A DNA stretch of 64,000 nucleotides from Phoronis australis (lineage: Eukaryota > Animalia > Phoronida), in contig NMRA01000049.1 of NCBI GenBank assembly GCA_002633005.1, forward strand, positions 124,001 to 188,000, read 5' to 3'. Below, one piece after another: positions 34,235 through 58,299 of this stretch (its first letter is position 1; each line of letters begins with the position of its first letter). Position numbers and translations under genes: made by a program. Under the pieces are notes generated by a model. It was not told the DNA's origin. It ran no database searches and worked only from the letters and a program-made list of their open reading frames with translations.

Positions 34235-36950
34235 TCAATCAATCAATCAATCAACAGTCATTTATTTTAGTGACCTGTAGAAATTGCTACCCAGTCACAA
34301 CTTGGGCTTATAAGTCACCATTTTGAAAGAGAACGTACAAAAGTAGGCAAGGCATACATATATACAGTGACAAAAAGAAAATCAGACCAACCTTCTCTTT
34401 TACGGCATTATACATATGACCATCAACATTTATTTATTAGAAGTTTATAAAATAATAAATCCCTCAGGTCAAATGCCGTCTTCAAATCAACAAGTGTGGG
34501 AAAGTTTTCAATTTCCTATTTTAGATAAATCATTATAGACGCCAATAAAAAAACATGAAAAACATGGTCGATACATGATCTACCGGTACATTTTCGAAAA
34601 CCGTTTTTTCTCCTCAGCAAATTAAGCAGACTATACTTCTCAACATAACATGATATCCTGGCATTCAGAATACCACTATAAATATTATAAACACAGGAAA
34701 ACTGGCTGGAACACGAGGATCCTTGTCCGAAACTTTCAGAAGAGGAATAATGTTGGTTTTCAATCACACCGAGTTAACATACTGCGAAACAAAAATTGAT
34801 GGGTATAGTTTATGTAGAGCAGCAACCGCCGCGGATTGGGGATATGGCCAATACACGTCACTTTGTTAGGCTTTGCCGTGGATATAATTCTCTGAACTCC
34901 TTACACAGTAATGCCAGGGTTCAGTTTGTCATTGCGTATGTAATCAGAGGACGACATTAAACCTTCAATATATTCTTTGGCTTGTAACTATCCTTATAAA
35001 ATTCACCATCAATGGAAAATTCCGAAACAAAATCTGAGTAAAGGGACTAATACTCTGTCGTAGTACAAAATTCTGACTCGTGCGAACTGTATTATCTTCA
35101 TCATCAACCTCGAAAGGCACATTTTAATTAATTCTTGGACCAAGTCTCTTGATATGGTTTCAGAATACTTGCAGATTTTCAGTATTGAGATTTCTAACCT
35201 TCTCAATTAAGCTTTTGTTTTTAAGCTCTCAATTTTTCTCAAATGTTTGTCAAAATTGTTTCGGACAGTATTAAACACTTTTCTAACTACCTTCTTTACT
35301 GCACCATTCCCTTTGCATTTCGAAAATTCCTTTTCCTTCCGACACATCAATGCCCATGATGCAGATGCATGGTGCTGTCCAGTAAGGCTTGTAGTACTTG
35401 AAGTTTTTGCGTGAACGTTTACCAACATCTTTATACGGGAGATGGGTGTCCATTTATGAAAACAAGTTATTGCAAAAACAATCATAAGCCATGTTTACGG
35501 TTTTCTGATTTTCAGTTCTTGCAATTGCCTCGCTAATGGCTGCCGCTAATTCAAGTAAACCAATAAAATTCTCATGAAAAGGGACACTCGTATCATAACG
35601 GCGATGAATCTCAGACAAGTTCTCCTCATCAAGAGCATTATCAAGCTGGACGCACTGATGAACCAGGGGCGGCTCCAGGATTTTTCTAAAAAGGGGGGTC
35701 TAAGTCAACACCATGAACATTCTAGATTTGATATCACTAAAATCAAGGGAAAGGGGGGGTCCGGACCCACTTGTACCCCCCCTGAATCCGCCGATGTGGA
35801 CTCCGAGTTTAAGGGTCAACAATGGGTCATCCGATCACGAGCTTTGCATCTTCCCTTCACTAGATGCAGGAGGTTTAGAATATCAATAAGCGTATTTGTG
35901 TTTAGAATTTGGAAGCGCAGACAGTCGCCAAAACAATCGTGGAGGGGAATAAAATAATCAACAACTGCCCTACCGTTACTGGAAACAGACGTGAATTTAT
36001 CACTTTCAGGGTTGACCCTCCCATTTATAATACACATTTTCGAGTCTAAAAGGAAATCAATTTGAGATGTACCAAAAACATGTGAATTAACGGCAGCATC
36101 ATCAATTACAGTCCTTTTAGAAATATTATCAATTCCCTCTATTAGGTCACTGAGTGAGCCGACTCACCGCTGATGACTATACTATGAACATGCGAAGTTA
36201 CATTGTTGCAGTAACAGATGAGAAAAAAATGGCTGCTATTTTGGCCGCAGAATGACCCCTCAGGTGGCAAGTAACAAACAAAAATAAATTATAGTGTAAT
36301 CTGACACTTTGTGTTTCAATTGTACACTGAGTATGCCTTCAAACGACTTGTCCACTACAGTAATATGGAAGTCATTGCACAAGTACGATTTAACAAAAAC
36401 ACCTACACTCCCAGACCCTTGGGTGTTTTGTTATGTAACAAGAAAGGATCATGTCCTGTCAACCATGAATAACTTTCAAGAGCTGGACTAACAGAATCAT
36501 TTTTAATTGCATTTCAGCTACTGCAACCAGGTCTTCATTTAGATGACACAATATCTGATCTTAGAACCAAGTTCCCCTCAGACATATACATTCCACAGTA
36601 CTATAGACAAACTAGGATTGACTGGATCAAGTGACTGGGTATCATTGTCCTATGCACGTCTGGCATTATGTGGTGCGTTTCTGTCCCTATCACTCTTCAC
36701 CATACGACCACTACCAGTAAAAATTAAAACTTTTTCTGTAGACCAAGATCTTTCACCAACTCCCTCATGTTTGATTGGATCAACCACTCTTCATGGCTTT
36801 ATGACGATCTCAAGTACAACTCCTAGTACCTTTCGGAGTTTTCCAAAATGTTTGGCTCAAAGAACAGCAAATTTTCTCAGTCTCATTTGTAAAAGACGTT
36901 GAACTGGTACAGCAGTTTTGGTTAAAAAGGCTTAGTTACATATAACACTT
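34235..36950 (-). mobile_element. degraded LINE with (TTGA)n tail
   Basis: Minus-strand APE endonuclease motifs LSIVLWNV, GSGSVGVFVK and CIINGRV..FTSVSSNGRAVVDY; AATAAA then (TTGA)n tail at 34236-34266. Confidence 0.7.
35664..35796. mobile_element. short GC-rich MITE inserted in the LINE
   Basis: CAGGGGCGGCTCCAGG / CCTGAATCCGCCGATG ends; TGAAC/TGGAC flanks. Confidence 0.6.
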
Positions 36951-37450
36951 GTACTTTTGAGATAGGATTGAATAATGGAAGATTTCTCTGAATAAGTTTC
37001 CTCACTCTCGAAAACTCAAGATATGTTACTTCAAGTGAAAATGCCAGTAAATTTAACCAGAAATACATAATCAGTAATGAACGGACTGAGGTTATATTAT
37101 TTATTCGTCATTTGAAGGCAGATTAGTGAAACAGCACATAGGCTATGTTACGTTCACTTGTAATATTTAAAGAACGTGAATAAACTGAATCTATTTCATT
37201 TCCTTCATAAGTAGTCCATGATAACACAAAGTTCACACCAAGCCTGTATCCACTACATAAGACTAATAGTTTGTACTGGTCAATTGGCTAACTGGCAACA
37301 ATCTCTGCAGAGCAGTAAAGTTACAGTCAAACGCCAACAACCAAACAAAAACGACGGCTCCTCCAATTGGAACTTAGCGGATGGTCCTAGTTCTTCCAAT
37401 AAATAACTCTAGAAATTTCAATCGAGTTTCTCTCACACAAAACATTGCTA

Positions 37451-37525
37451 TTATGTTGACACAAACTTCCAATCTCTGTCTTTGTAGGGCACCTCACCAG
37501 CTCTGTAGGCTCGTTCTTTCCTATT
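37451..37525 (-). CDS. NDUFB4: NDUFB4 exon 3
   Basis: TTCACAG acceptor; NRKERAYRAGEVPYKDRDWKFVST*. Confidence 0.9.
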   Translation of the reverse strand, partial: NRKERAYRAGEVPYKDRDWKFVST

Positions 37526-40500
37526 CTGTGAATACATAGACAACTATTGTTAGAGTATACAATGACATAGCACATCACTGATACAGCGAAATTTTGAAGT
37601 AAGCCAAGATGGCAGAATGTTGTGCAGACAAGCGATCAGCGTCACCTTGTGTGGAGACTTAAAAGCTGTGAAATTTTACAATGTTTTTCTTAAATTTCTT
37701 TACGATCTTCACGTTGTCAAAATTACTAGTTGTACGGTGTGACGGCAGGGGTTAATTTGGCGACTTGCAGCTTGCCAACCAGGCCTCAGATTTTGTCTGG
37801 CGACCCGGTAAAAATCCTACACACTTCTACAGGCACATGCTCAAGATACTACAGGAAGGCGACGGGAGTTGGAATCATTTGTAAAACCAATCACATGGAT
37901 AAAGGCGGCTACAAAACCATGTTTCATTCAAGAAGTGAACTTTTGATTTTGACTTCTTACCGCTAAAGGATTGGTCTCAACTCGTCCCTTACCCTGATTC
38001 ATACAAACACTTGACAGTCCAATTTCAAGACTTTCAAAGACCTTTTTAAGGCTTATTACTGTAAGTTGAAGGCCTCTTTGGTCAATGTTTTGTGTGTGAA
38101 AAAGGATCAAACTTCTTAAATTACTTTTCAAGTGTTAATAGTAAACCTATAAAACTACACATTTTTCAAATCTTTGATGATCACAGAATTTTTTATTAAT
38201 CAAAAACAATGTCCAATCATGTGGCGGCATTTTTTCGCTATAATTTCCGCATATGTGGAGCTTTCGCACGAAACTCGTTTGTTATTCTCTCAGCTCCAAA
38301 AGCGTGTCTGGCGCTTTCTATTTAAGGCCTCTTAGCCCAAAAAATCTTCTGTCAAAATTGATCACTTCAACAGTCCTTCAAATAAAGGAAGTCTTGATTT
38401 CTGACAGCAGATATCTCGGGCTAAAAGAAAAATCTCAGAGAAACTTTTGTAGTTTAAAACAGTAAAGACGTCAAAAGAATTGTGTTTGTGGAAATAAGGA
38501 GACCTTCACTTTTTAAGAAAAACCCAAAACACTTGGGTATTGCTTCCTTGCACATTATAAGATTTTTAGAGATGCTAAAAATATGCAGTAAAATCTTGCC
38601 AATCCAGGATGTCACACAATATGACTGACAACTGAAATTTTGTTTTCCCCTTTTTTGCATGGAAGATGCGTAGCACCAAATTAATGGTTTTCCACACTTA
38701 AGCATTGTACCATAGCTACCATCTGACAATGTTTTGCAACATTGTGGGCATTCGCGACATTGATAGAAACCCTTGTAACACCAAAATTGTTGACATTTTA
38801 CCATATATAGTTTCATCGGTCTACAGTTAATCCTTAAAAGTTATTTCAAAAAAATGATCCTTGGTAACCAAGGTAACCTATTACCCTCAGCTCCCAGTAT
38901 TCTCAACTGAATACAGCTTGTTACAGTCACTTACCCTGTCCCATTCGAATAACGTTGCAAAGCCCACAATGGGCCCAAATACCAAGGCCAAGCCCCAGAA
39001 CGTGCTCTTAGGGGTCACTCTGAAGTAATCGAAACCTTTTGCTCTCATCGACTGGAACCTCTGAACAGCAGGATCAAACTGGAAAATGCCAAGGCAAACA
39101 AATAATCAGACTTAAATGAGGAACATACAAATACCATTAGATTTTAGGCATCAAGGTGTTAACTTTCTTTGTTACCAAGGGTCACATTTCTTCAAACATT
39201 TTCAAAAACACAGAGTTTTAATTCGAATGGAATCTTATTTTTAAAACCCTTTATAAACAAAGAAACATTATAAGTGCAGTTAGTCATTGCTTCAGAACAT
39301 GCTCGACAAGTTGATTTCTTACTGTGTGTCAGTTCATGCACGGAGCACAATCACAAGGAATAACAAATTGTCATTTTTTGCACAATCAGAAATCACTTCT
39401 TTCTGAGTTCTCATTGGGGGTATTGTAGTGTACCGGTGGTTATGAACCACGACAGATGTCTGCACTTGGCATGCACTTGAGTGGCCAGTTTACCATATCG
39501 ATCAGTTTAGAATAGATGCATTTTACATCCAGTACTGGTCCGGGGTTGTAGAATTGCTTCACGTGAATCATATGAGCATTGAGCCTCTGTTAGCCACTCG
39601 CTAATGGGGAACAGTTAACACTTTTTCTAGTTTTATTGGGGTCGCTGGCTTGATCTTAGTCATGTAATCTGTCTATAAAAATAAGTATTTACGCACAACA
39701 AGTTAGCAAGTTAACCCATGCCCTTGGAACACAAGTTTGCCTCAAATTTGCAATTAAAATTGAAATGTTACCAATGTTAGATGCTACTGTCCTAAAACCG
39801 CGACAGATTTTCATTGATTTGTTCAAATTATCTTGGCTGAATCGTACTAGTATGTGTTAATTATAACTTCATGAGCATATATGCATGTTTCATTTGATTT
39901 TATTTCCTGTATTTTGGAATTCGTAACTTTTCGTGGAAATGTTCTAACGTCCCTGAATGCCTGCGGCATCCAGGGCGATGTAATTGCCTAGCTGGGACTA
40001 TGAATTCATGAGACTGGGAAGGAAATGAGAACAGAACTCAGGACAATTGTCTTATAATCAAGGTATATTGTGAAACAATTCAAATTTCTTTGAAAATCCA
40101 AAACATGCGAGTAGCACTGGTTTCGGACTGAGCGATTTCAGCAATTCCTGTCAAAGCCTGGCTGATGAGTTACGGATGGAGGACAATTGCAGGTTCATCA
40201 TGGAAGGTTACGAAAAAGTCTGGCTAATGTGGAGTTATCGATGTCGTGACACTGATCCGTGACAAACCGGCAATTGCTGTACCGTCCTTGACTTCGAACC
40301 GTCAAAGGAGGACTGATGCGTGGGCTTTTTGGGAACATTTTTGTGCTTTGACTGCAAATTTGTTATGATCTCGCTGGAGCAAGACACCGTGAATGGAATT
40401 ACAAGAAAGTACAAACCCTGTTTTGTGAAAATTTGTTTAAGTTTTGTGTTTGATATGGACAGCTGAAGTGAAGCACCCGAAGAATTCCTTGTCCAGAGTG

Positions 40501-40804
40501 TCAAACCTTGTAGTATTATATATAGAGTATTGGGGACGATCAGCAGCTGAGGGCCCCTGTGCCGTGGGCTTGTCCTGACTCCTAGTCCTACCTGGAATGG
40601 ATATGTTACCAGGTTACATTCTAAACTTACAATATAACCGCCGTGCCCATGTCTATACGGATGAGTAGACTTGAATTCCCACTCTTTCTTGAATTTTGCT
40701 CGAATCTGGCGCCTTTCCTCCATTGCTTGCTTCTCCCCTGGGGATAAATCATACATTTTATGGGGGCAGAAGACCTGCTCCCCTTTTGGCACGGAGTCCG
40801 CCAT
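37451..40804 (-). CDS. NDUFB4: NADH dehydrogenase 1 beta subcomplex subunit 4 (B15), 130 aa; complement(join(37451..37525,38935..39078,40631..40804))
   Basis: MADSVPK..YDLSPGEKQAMEERRQIRAKFKKEW..HPYRHGHGGYI|FDPAVQRFQSMRAKGFDYFRVTPKSTFWGLALVFGPIVGFATLFEWDR|NRKERAYRAGEVPYKDRDWKFVST*; phase-0 GT-AG introns. Confidence 0.93.
38935..39078 (-). CDS. NDUFB4: NDUFB4 exon 2
   Basis: TTTTCCAG acceptor, GTAAGT donor; FDPAVQRF motif and transmembrane helix. Confidence 0.92.
40631..40804 (-). CDS. NDUFB4: NDUFB4 exon 1
   Basis: AAGATGGCGG start context; GTAAGT donor. Confidence 0.92.
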
Positions 40805-40875
40805 CTTCCCTAATAACAACTTCACGCGATTTATCGCGAGAACTGGCATGGCGGATGAGTCCTGGGAAAAAATTG
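40799..40875. promoter_or_regulatory. compact putative bidirectional promoter (NDUFB4 / Scm)
   Basis: Palindrome TTCACGCGAT-TT-ATCGCGAGAA (40821-40842) flanked by outward-facing ATGGCGG motifs; candidate donor G|GTAACA after 40875. Confidence 0.55.
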
Positions 40876-41955
40876 GTAACATATTTTCTTCGCAAAACCT
40901 CGTAGTTTAGGCCTGCAAAATGCCTTAGTTGAGTTTCAAATGTGTGGAAATTGCATTGTGTATTGTTGAGCAAAGCACTGTTATCGAAAATTTAGTTTTA
41001 AGTTTATTCACTTTGTCGATAATATTCGAAACTGAAATTGACGGAGTTTGTGTTTGACAGTGCCAAGTGGGTTGGTCTGTTTTGTGCGACTGTTGTCACG
41101 TAAAGTTGTCAATCAGTGTTAGCTAAGACTATTACTCCCACGTGTTATGTTGTTGTCATGGCAATGGCTGGCTTGTCTCGGTTTTTAAGACATGGCTTTG
41201 TCACACGCTCAGACACATCAGCTATAGCCTATACTACAGCCTACTATAGCAATAGCCTATGGCATAGATATTCACAAGACAGTATAAACTTTCGTAGGTT
41301 GTTGGTTTATGAGCATGTTTGAGGATGTGTGACTTTTGCCTGGGTGAATTGTCTTAAGAAGAAAAACTGCAGAGATATAACATTTACAATTAACGTTTAT
41401 TGTTTGTTATTTTAATTATGTTTGCCGCTATACAGTGTGTTGAAGTAGAATTGAAGAGTGCAGATGCAAATGGACCAGTCATATAAAAGATTGTGTTGGA
41501 AATCATTTCTCAGTGAACTTCAGAGTGCTGCCAATGTATAGCAAATTGTTTCATAAAATTGTTAAATCAATGTTTACCGTATTTATACTGCATTATGAAA
41601 GAAATATGACTGTTAGCGGTTAAAGAATGAACTGCCTGAACAATAGGTTATTACAGTAAGATTTCAAGTGTTATGTGGCTTCAAGAAAACTGCCAGTAAC
41701 ATCATCCAGAATTTCAGTATGGTTTAAAAGAATACTAAACCCTGTTTTGACAATTACAATCAATCCTTGTTCTGTCAACTGCTAATTCATCATTGCCACC
41801 AATCTTGAAAGATAACAGCAGGAATCAACTAAAAACTCATACCCACTATATCACAGATTGGACATTAAGGTCTTTGATGGGTGGTCTTTTCCCTCAGGTG
41901 CAGTGGAATTCGCTAAAAGCGTAGGTCACGCTTGCCAGTTAGGCAGACTTTGAAA

Positions 41956-42415
41956 TGTCACGGATTTCCGTGATTTGTTTTGACACTTCGCCCATCAGCT
42001 GATTCATACTGACCGGAACCAGATGTGTCTCAGCTCAAATGTCCAGCCATACGTCACAGACAGTTTGTTTACTACAGAGTTCCTTCAACTCTGGAATTGG
42101 TTACGTAACAATCTGCCTTATTTGGTCTAGCTTCCTTGTGACGTCGAATCATTTATAAGAATTGTTTTGTATTATAGTTTAATCATTTCCGTAGTATTAG
42201 CCCACGTGTCATATTTATTTTCTCAATGATTGTGTATATAAATGACTTGGAGTGTAGAATAAAATCAGTTGCCATTTATTCAGCACAACGACACGACTTG
42301 TTATTTGGACAGGTTCACTGCTGAACTGTCTAGTTATCACCACTTTGTATCTACCGACACTGCGAGGCAACTCACACGGCGAACCCCTATACTACATAGC
42401 CAGAATTTCCCCACA
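41956..42415 (+). mobile_element. solo LTR, 460 bp
   Basis: TGT...ACA termini, 5-bp TSD TGAAA (41951-41955 and 42416-42420), TATATAAA at 42235 and AATAAA at 42258; the empty site with a single TGAAA is in the second copy (~43348). Confidence 0.88.
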
Positions 42416-43568
42416 TGAAAGGAGTTTTCAAATTTTCCTCAAAACTTTAGAGGGTTGTTGCAGGTTACAAAGCATTATTTTATTTCCTAGAACTGGATAG
42501 GAAAGTCTTTTTAAGTATCTGCCAAAACCGGGTTAGCTGTCCTTTTGAATTGTCGATCTCGAGTTTCATTTCATATTATTGTTGAGTAACACTTTAAATG
42601 TGGCTATTATTGTCTTTTAGGTGCAATTACTGAAAAATGTCATCTCGAGGCTCCCCTGTGCCGTCCCGAGGCCCTGCATACCAGTATGAAATGTTTGGTA
42701 AGATTGATAAAAATTAGGGAAATATCACATAAAATGATATTCGTTTTGCCTTGGCCGGATTTACATTCCAAAGTTGTTNCATTTACAATTAACGTTTATT
42801 GTTTGTTATTTTAATTATGTTTGCCGCTATACAGTGTGTTGAAGTAGAATTGAAGTGTGCAGATGCAAATGAACCAGTCATATAAAAGATTGTGTTGGAA
42901 ATCATTTCTCAGTGAACTTCAGAGTGCTGCCAATGTATAGCAAATTGTTTCATAAAATTGTTAAATCAATGTTTACCGTATTTATACTGCATTATGAAAG
43001 AAATATGACTTAGCGGTTAAAGAATGAACTGCCTGAACCATAGGTTATTACAGTAAGATATCAAGTGTTATGTGGCTTCAAGAAAACTGCCAGTAACATC
43101 ATCCAGAATTTCAGTATGGTTTAAAAGAATACTAAACCCTGTTTTGACAATTACAACCAATCCTTGTTCTGTCACCTGCTAATGCATCATTACCACCAAT
43201 CTTGAAAGATAACAGCAGGAATCAACTAAAAACTCATATCCACTATATCACAGATTGGACATTAAGGTCTTTGATGGGTGGTCTTTTCCCTCAGATGCAG
43301 TGGAATTCTCTAAAAGCGTAGGTCACGCTTGCCAGTTAGGCAGATTTTGAAAGGAGTTTTCAAATTTTCCTCAAAACTTTAGAGGGTTGTTTCAGGTTAC
43401 AAAGCATTATTTTATTTCCTAGAACTGGATAGGAAAATCTTTTTAAGTATCTGCCAAAACCGGGTTAGCTGTCCTTTTGAATTGTCGATCTCGAGTTTCA
43501 TTTCATATTATTGTTGAGTAACACTTTAAATGTGGCTATTATTGTCTTTTAGGTGCAATTACTGAAAA

Positions 43569-55720
<12,152 letters not shown>

Positions 55721-58054
55721 GCTGACACTGACAGGTGTTGTCTTCTATCCATATGACCTTAGCGTTCCACTTGAAGTAGAGTATGATGCGACTTGAGTCA
55801 AGAAGTTGGCCAACTGAAAGAAGGTTCTCCACTTGGCAAAGCTTTCTCGCTTACTGTGCAGCAATATTGTACCCTCGAAATGAGTAGGTCTGATAACTGA
55901 GAACGGTTACGTCTCAAGTTGGCCTGCCTCTCAGACTGACGTGCTCTCTGATTCACTGACTCAAAATGCTGTAGCGAGCAGACTGAAAATGAAGTTGTCT
56001 TCAAGTTGTTTGACCTTTATCACGCTATATACTTATTAAGAAATTGCAGGTCGTGGCTCCAAGTTGGGAAGTTAGCTAATGAGAAAAAATATCGTCTTCA
56101 TTTGGCATAGTGTTTTTTATTTTTGTGCCTCAATGTTGACTTCCCTAAGTGAGAAGACATGGGTGAGAAAGCTTAGGTCTTGGGTTAACTTGCCCAGTGT
56201 AACTGTCAGCCCAACTGTCAAAAGTGGATGATTTAAAATGAGGTGAACTGATTGACGAAGGAGTCATGTTCAGTTCCTTTGACCTCTCTCTCTCTCTCTG
56301 CTTGTGATAAAGTTTGACACTGATGAGATCAATTTGGGGAAGTTGGTTAGCTGAGAAATAGTGACTTCATATAGGACAGCTTTCGAAATGAGGTGAGATT
56401 ATTCCTAAAGTTCCTGATTCGCGCCTCTTATACTGGTTCAAAATGAGGAAACGAGTTCATCGATTAGGATTTCGTACTGTATCATCTTATTGAAGGACTC
56501 CTAAAGACGAAAAAAGCTTTCTGAAGAAGAGGCTATGTTCACATGGCCTGCCTGTCCCGCTTTATCTTCATTCCCAGTTGTTCTGGATGATGACAAAAAT
56601 TGGGTTCCACGAATGGATAACTCATGGAAAATGAAAAATGGTTAAACTGTGGGTCTTGAAAATTATTCATGACAAATAGACAACCCTCATTTTGTGAGTT
56701 CATGCATTCAACTGGGATTGGCTACTGGAGTCATGTAGTAAAAATTACCATCGTCTGCTTTTTGTGGGAAAGTGGAAAATGATGGAGTAAGTTGAACGAG
56801 GATAAGCCGGATTTTTGCTTAACTTGGACGTAGTGCCTCACTCCCGTTACTCTAGTTCTGGCATTTGGCTATTCATATAAGTCGAAATTTGCCTTTCTCG
56901 AGAAAATCTTGGGCCCATTGGATACGACTTGTGCGAGTTTAGTGGCTTGAGTTTAGCAAATGAGAAGACTGACAAGCAGTCGTTTTCACTCGACCTTGCT
57001 GTCTCTTACTGGAATAGTGAGGAAGGGAGCTGAGTATGAACAGGATTTTGTCTTCATATAGCGGCGTTATGTCTGGCGTCAGTGCATGGTGCGTGCTTGT
57101 AAGAAGCGGAAGTTGCTGCAAAGGAAACGTGTTTCTCTGATTCTGCTTTTTCTCATGAACCATGGTGGCTGAAAATGAGGTCTTTTGGAAAAGATCGGAA
57201 ACAGCGATTATTGTATTGATTTGGGCTAGCTCATGAAACACGGTGGCTTTGTGAGTGCTGAAAGTGAGGACTTCTGGAACTGGGAAGAAACGATTATATT
57301 CATTTGGCCTAGGTCGTGAACTCTGACATAGAATTGAGCTGGTCAAAGTGAAAGAGTTGACGGACAAACGGTAGTTCCCATGTCGTTTGGACCGTCTAAG
57401 TATATGACAGTGTAATTCACATTAAAGTTATTTTTGCTAACTATCATTCATCTAAGCAATGTTTTGTGTAATATATGTTTTGTATAATTCATATTATGAT
57501 TTGATGTTGACTAATTATATTTGTTGTTTATGATTTTTATCGTTAATTAATTGTCCTTTAGCTGTTCTGTCGCAGGCAATGACCAAGTTTTTTTGACTGA
57601 ATTGCTGCTTTAATTATTGAAATGTGAAATAGTACATGTGACCTCCAATCTGATTTCATCAAGATTATTAGCTTTATTATTGAATTGTTGAAACATTTTG
57701 TAACACAAAAACAAAGTTTGTGTAAGTGAGACTTACAGTCTGACTTGTAAAGTTATCTTTGTTTTAAACAAATAGGGTTGTTGAAGGCAGCATTAGAGGT
57801 TCATGCTCTGAATGTTATTGCACAGTTTAAACCTTTTCTGTGCACTTTGAGTTTGGAGGGGGTAACTTGTCCGCATGGTGGCTTAGACTTAGCTGATGGT
57901 TCTAAATCTTGGGTGTCACACGCACACTGTAGTCCTTTTGAAATTGAACTGTAAGTTCAGTGAGACCACTTCTTTGTGAACCCTGCTGTTAGTCCCGCAA
58001 CTGTCTTAGTTGGACTGTGTAACTAAAAACAGTGACAAAGGGTTTACGGTCTTA

Positions 58055-58299
58055 GGGCCCCCTTCCAAAAAGCTGACTTACCGTGAGCTCATTTTTGCTA
58101 AGATTTGTCTCAACTTCCAAATGTTTAACTTCTACTTTCGGTAAAGTAATCGAAATTAAGACAAAACTTAAGTATAGAAGTTAAATCGAACTTAAGATTT
58201 CTTTCCTGAAACAGACTTGAGACAAATATGAGTTTTATCTTAAAACTGGCTGAAATTTAAGATTTGTCTTAGCTAAGAAAGGTTTTTTGGAACAAGCCC
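58055..58299 (-). mobile_element. Harbinger-type MITE (same family as 9358-9609)
   Basis: Reverse complement shares CTTAGCTAAGACAAAT..TAAGATAA..ATTTGTCT.AAGTC with the 9358 copy. Confidence 0.6.

Noticed and set aside
40235-40882. 215-aa single-exon ORF
   Set aside because: NDUFB4 exon 1 reading through into intron; the real start is 40804 and the donor follows 40631.
42621-42697. Second genuine Scm start exon
   Set aside because: The duplicate block abuts a single N and differs by few SNPs and one LTR; haplotype artefact is more likely.
56939-57367. 142-aa minus-strand ORF
   Set aside because: No motif or splice support; lies in the probable Scm 3' UTR.
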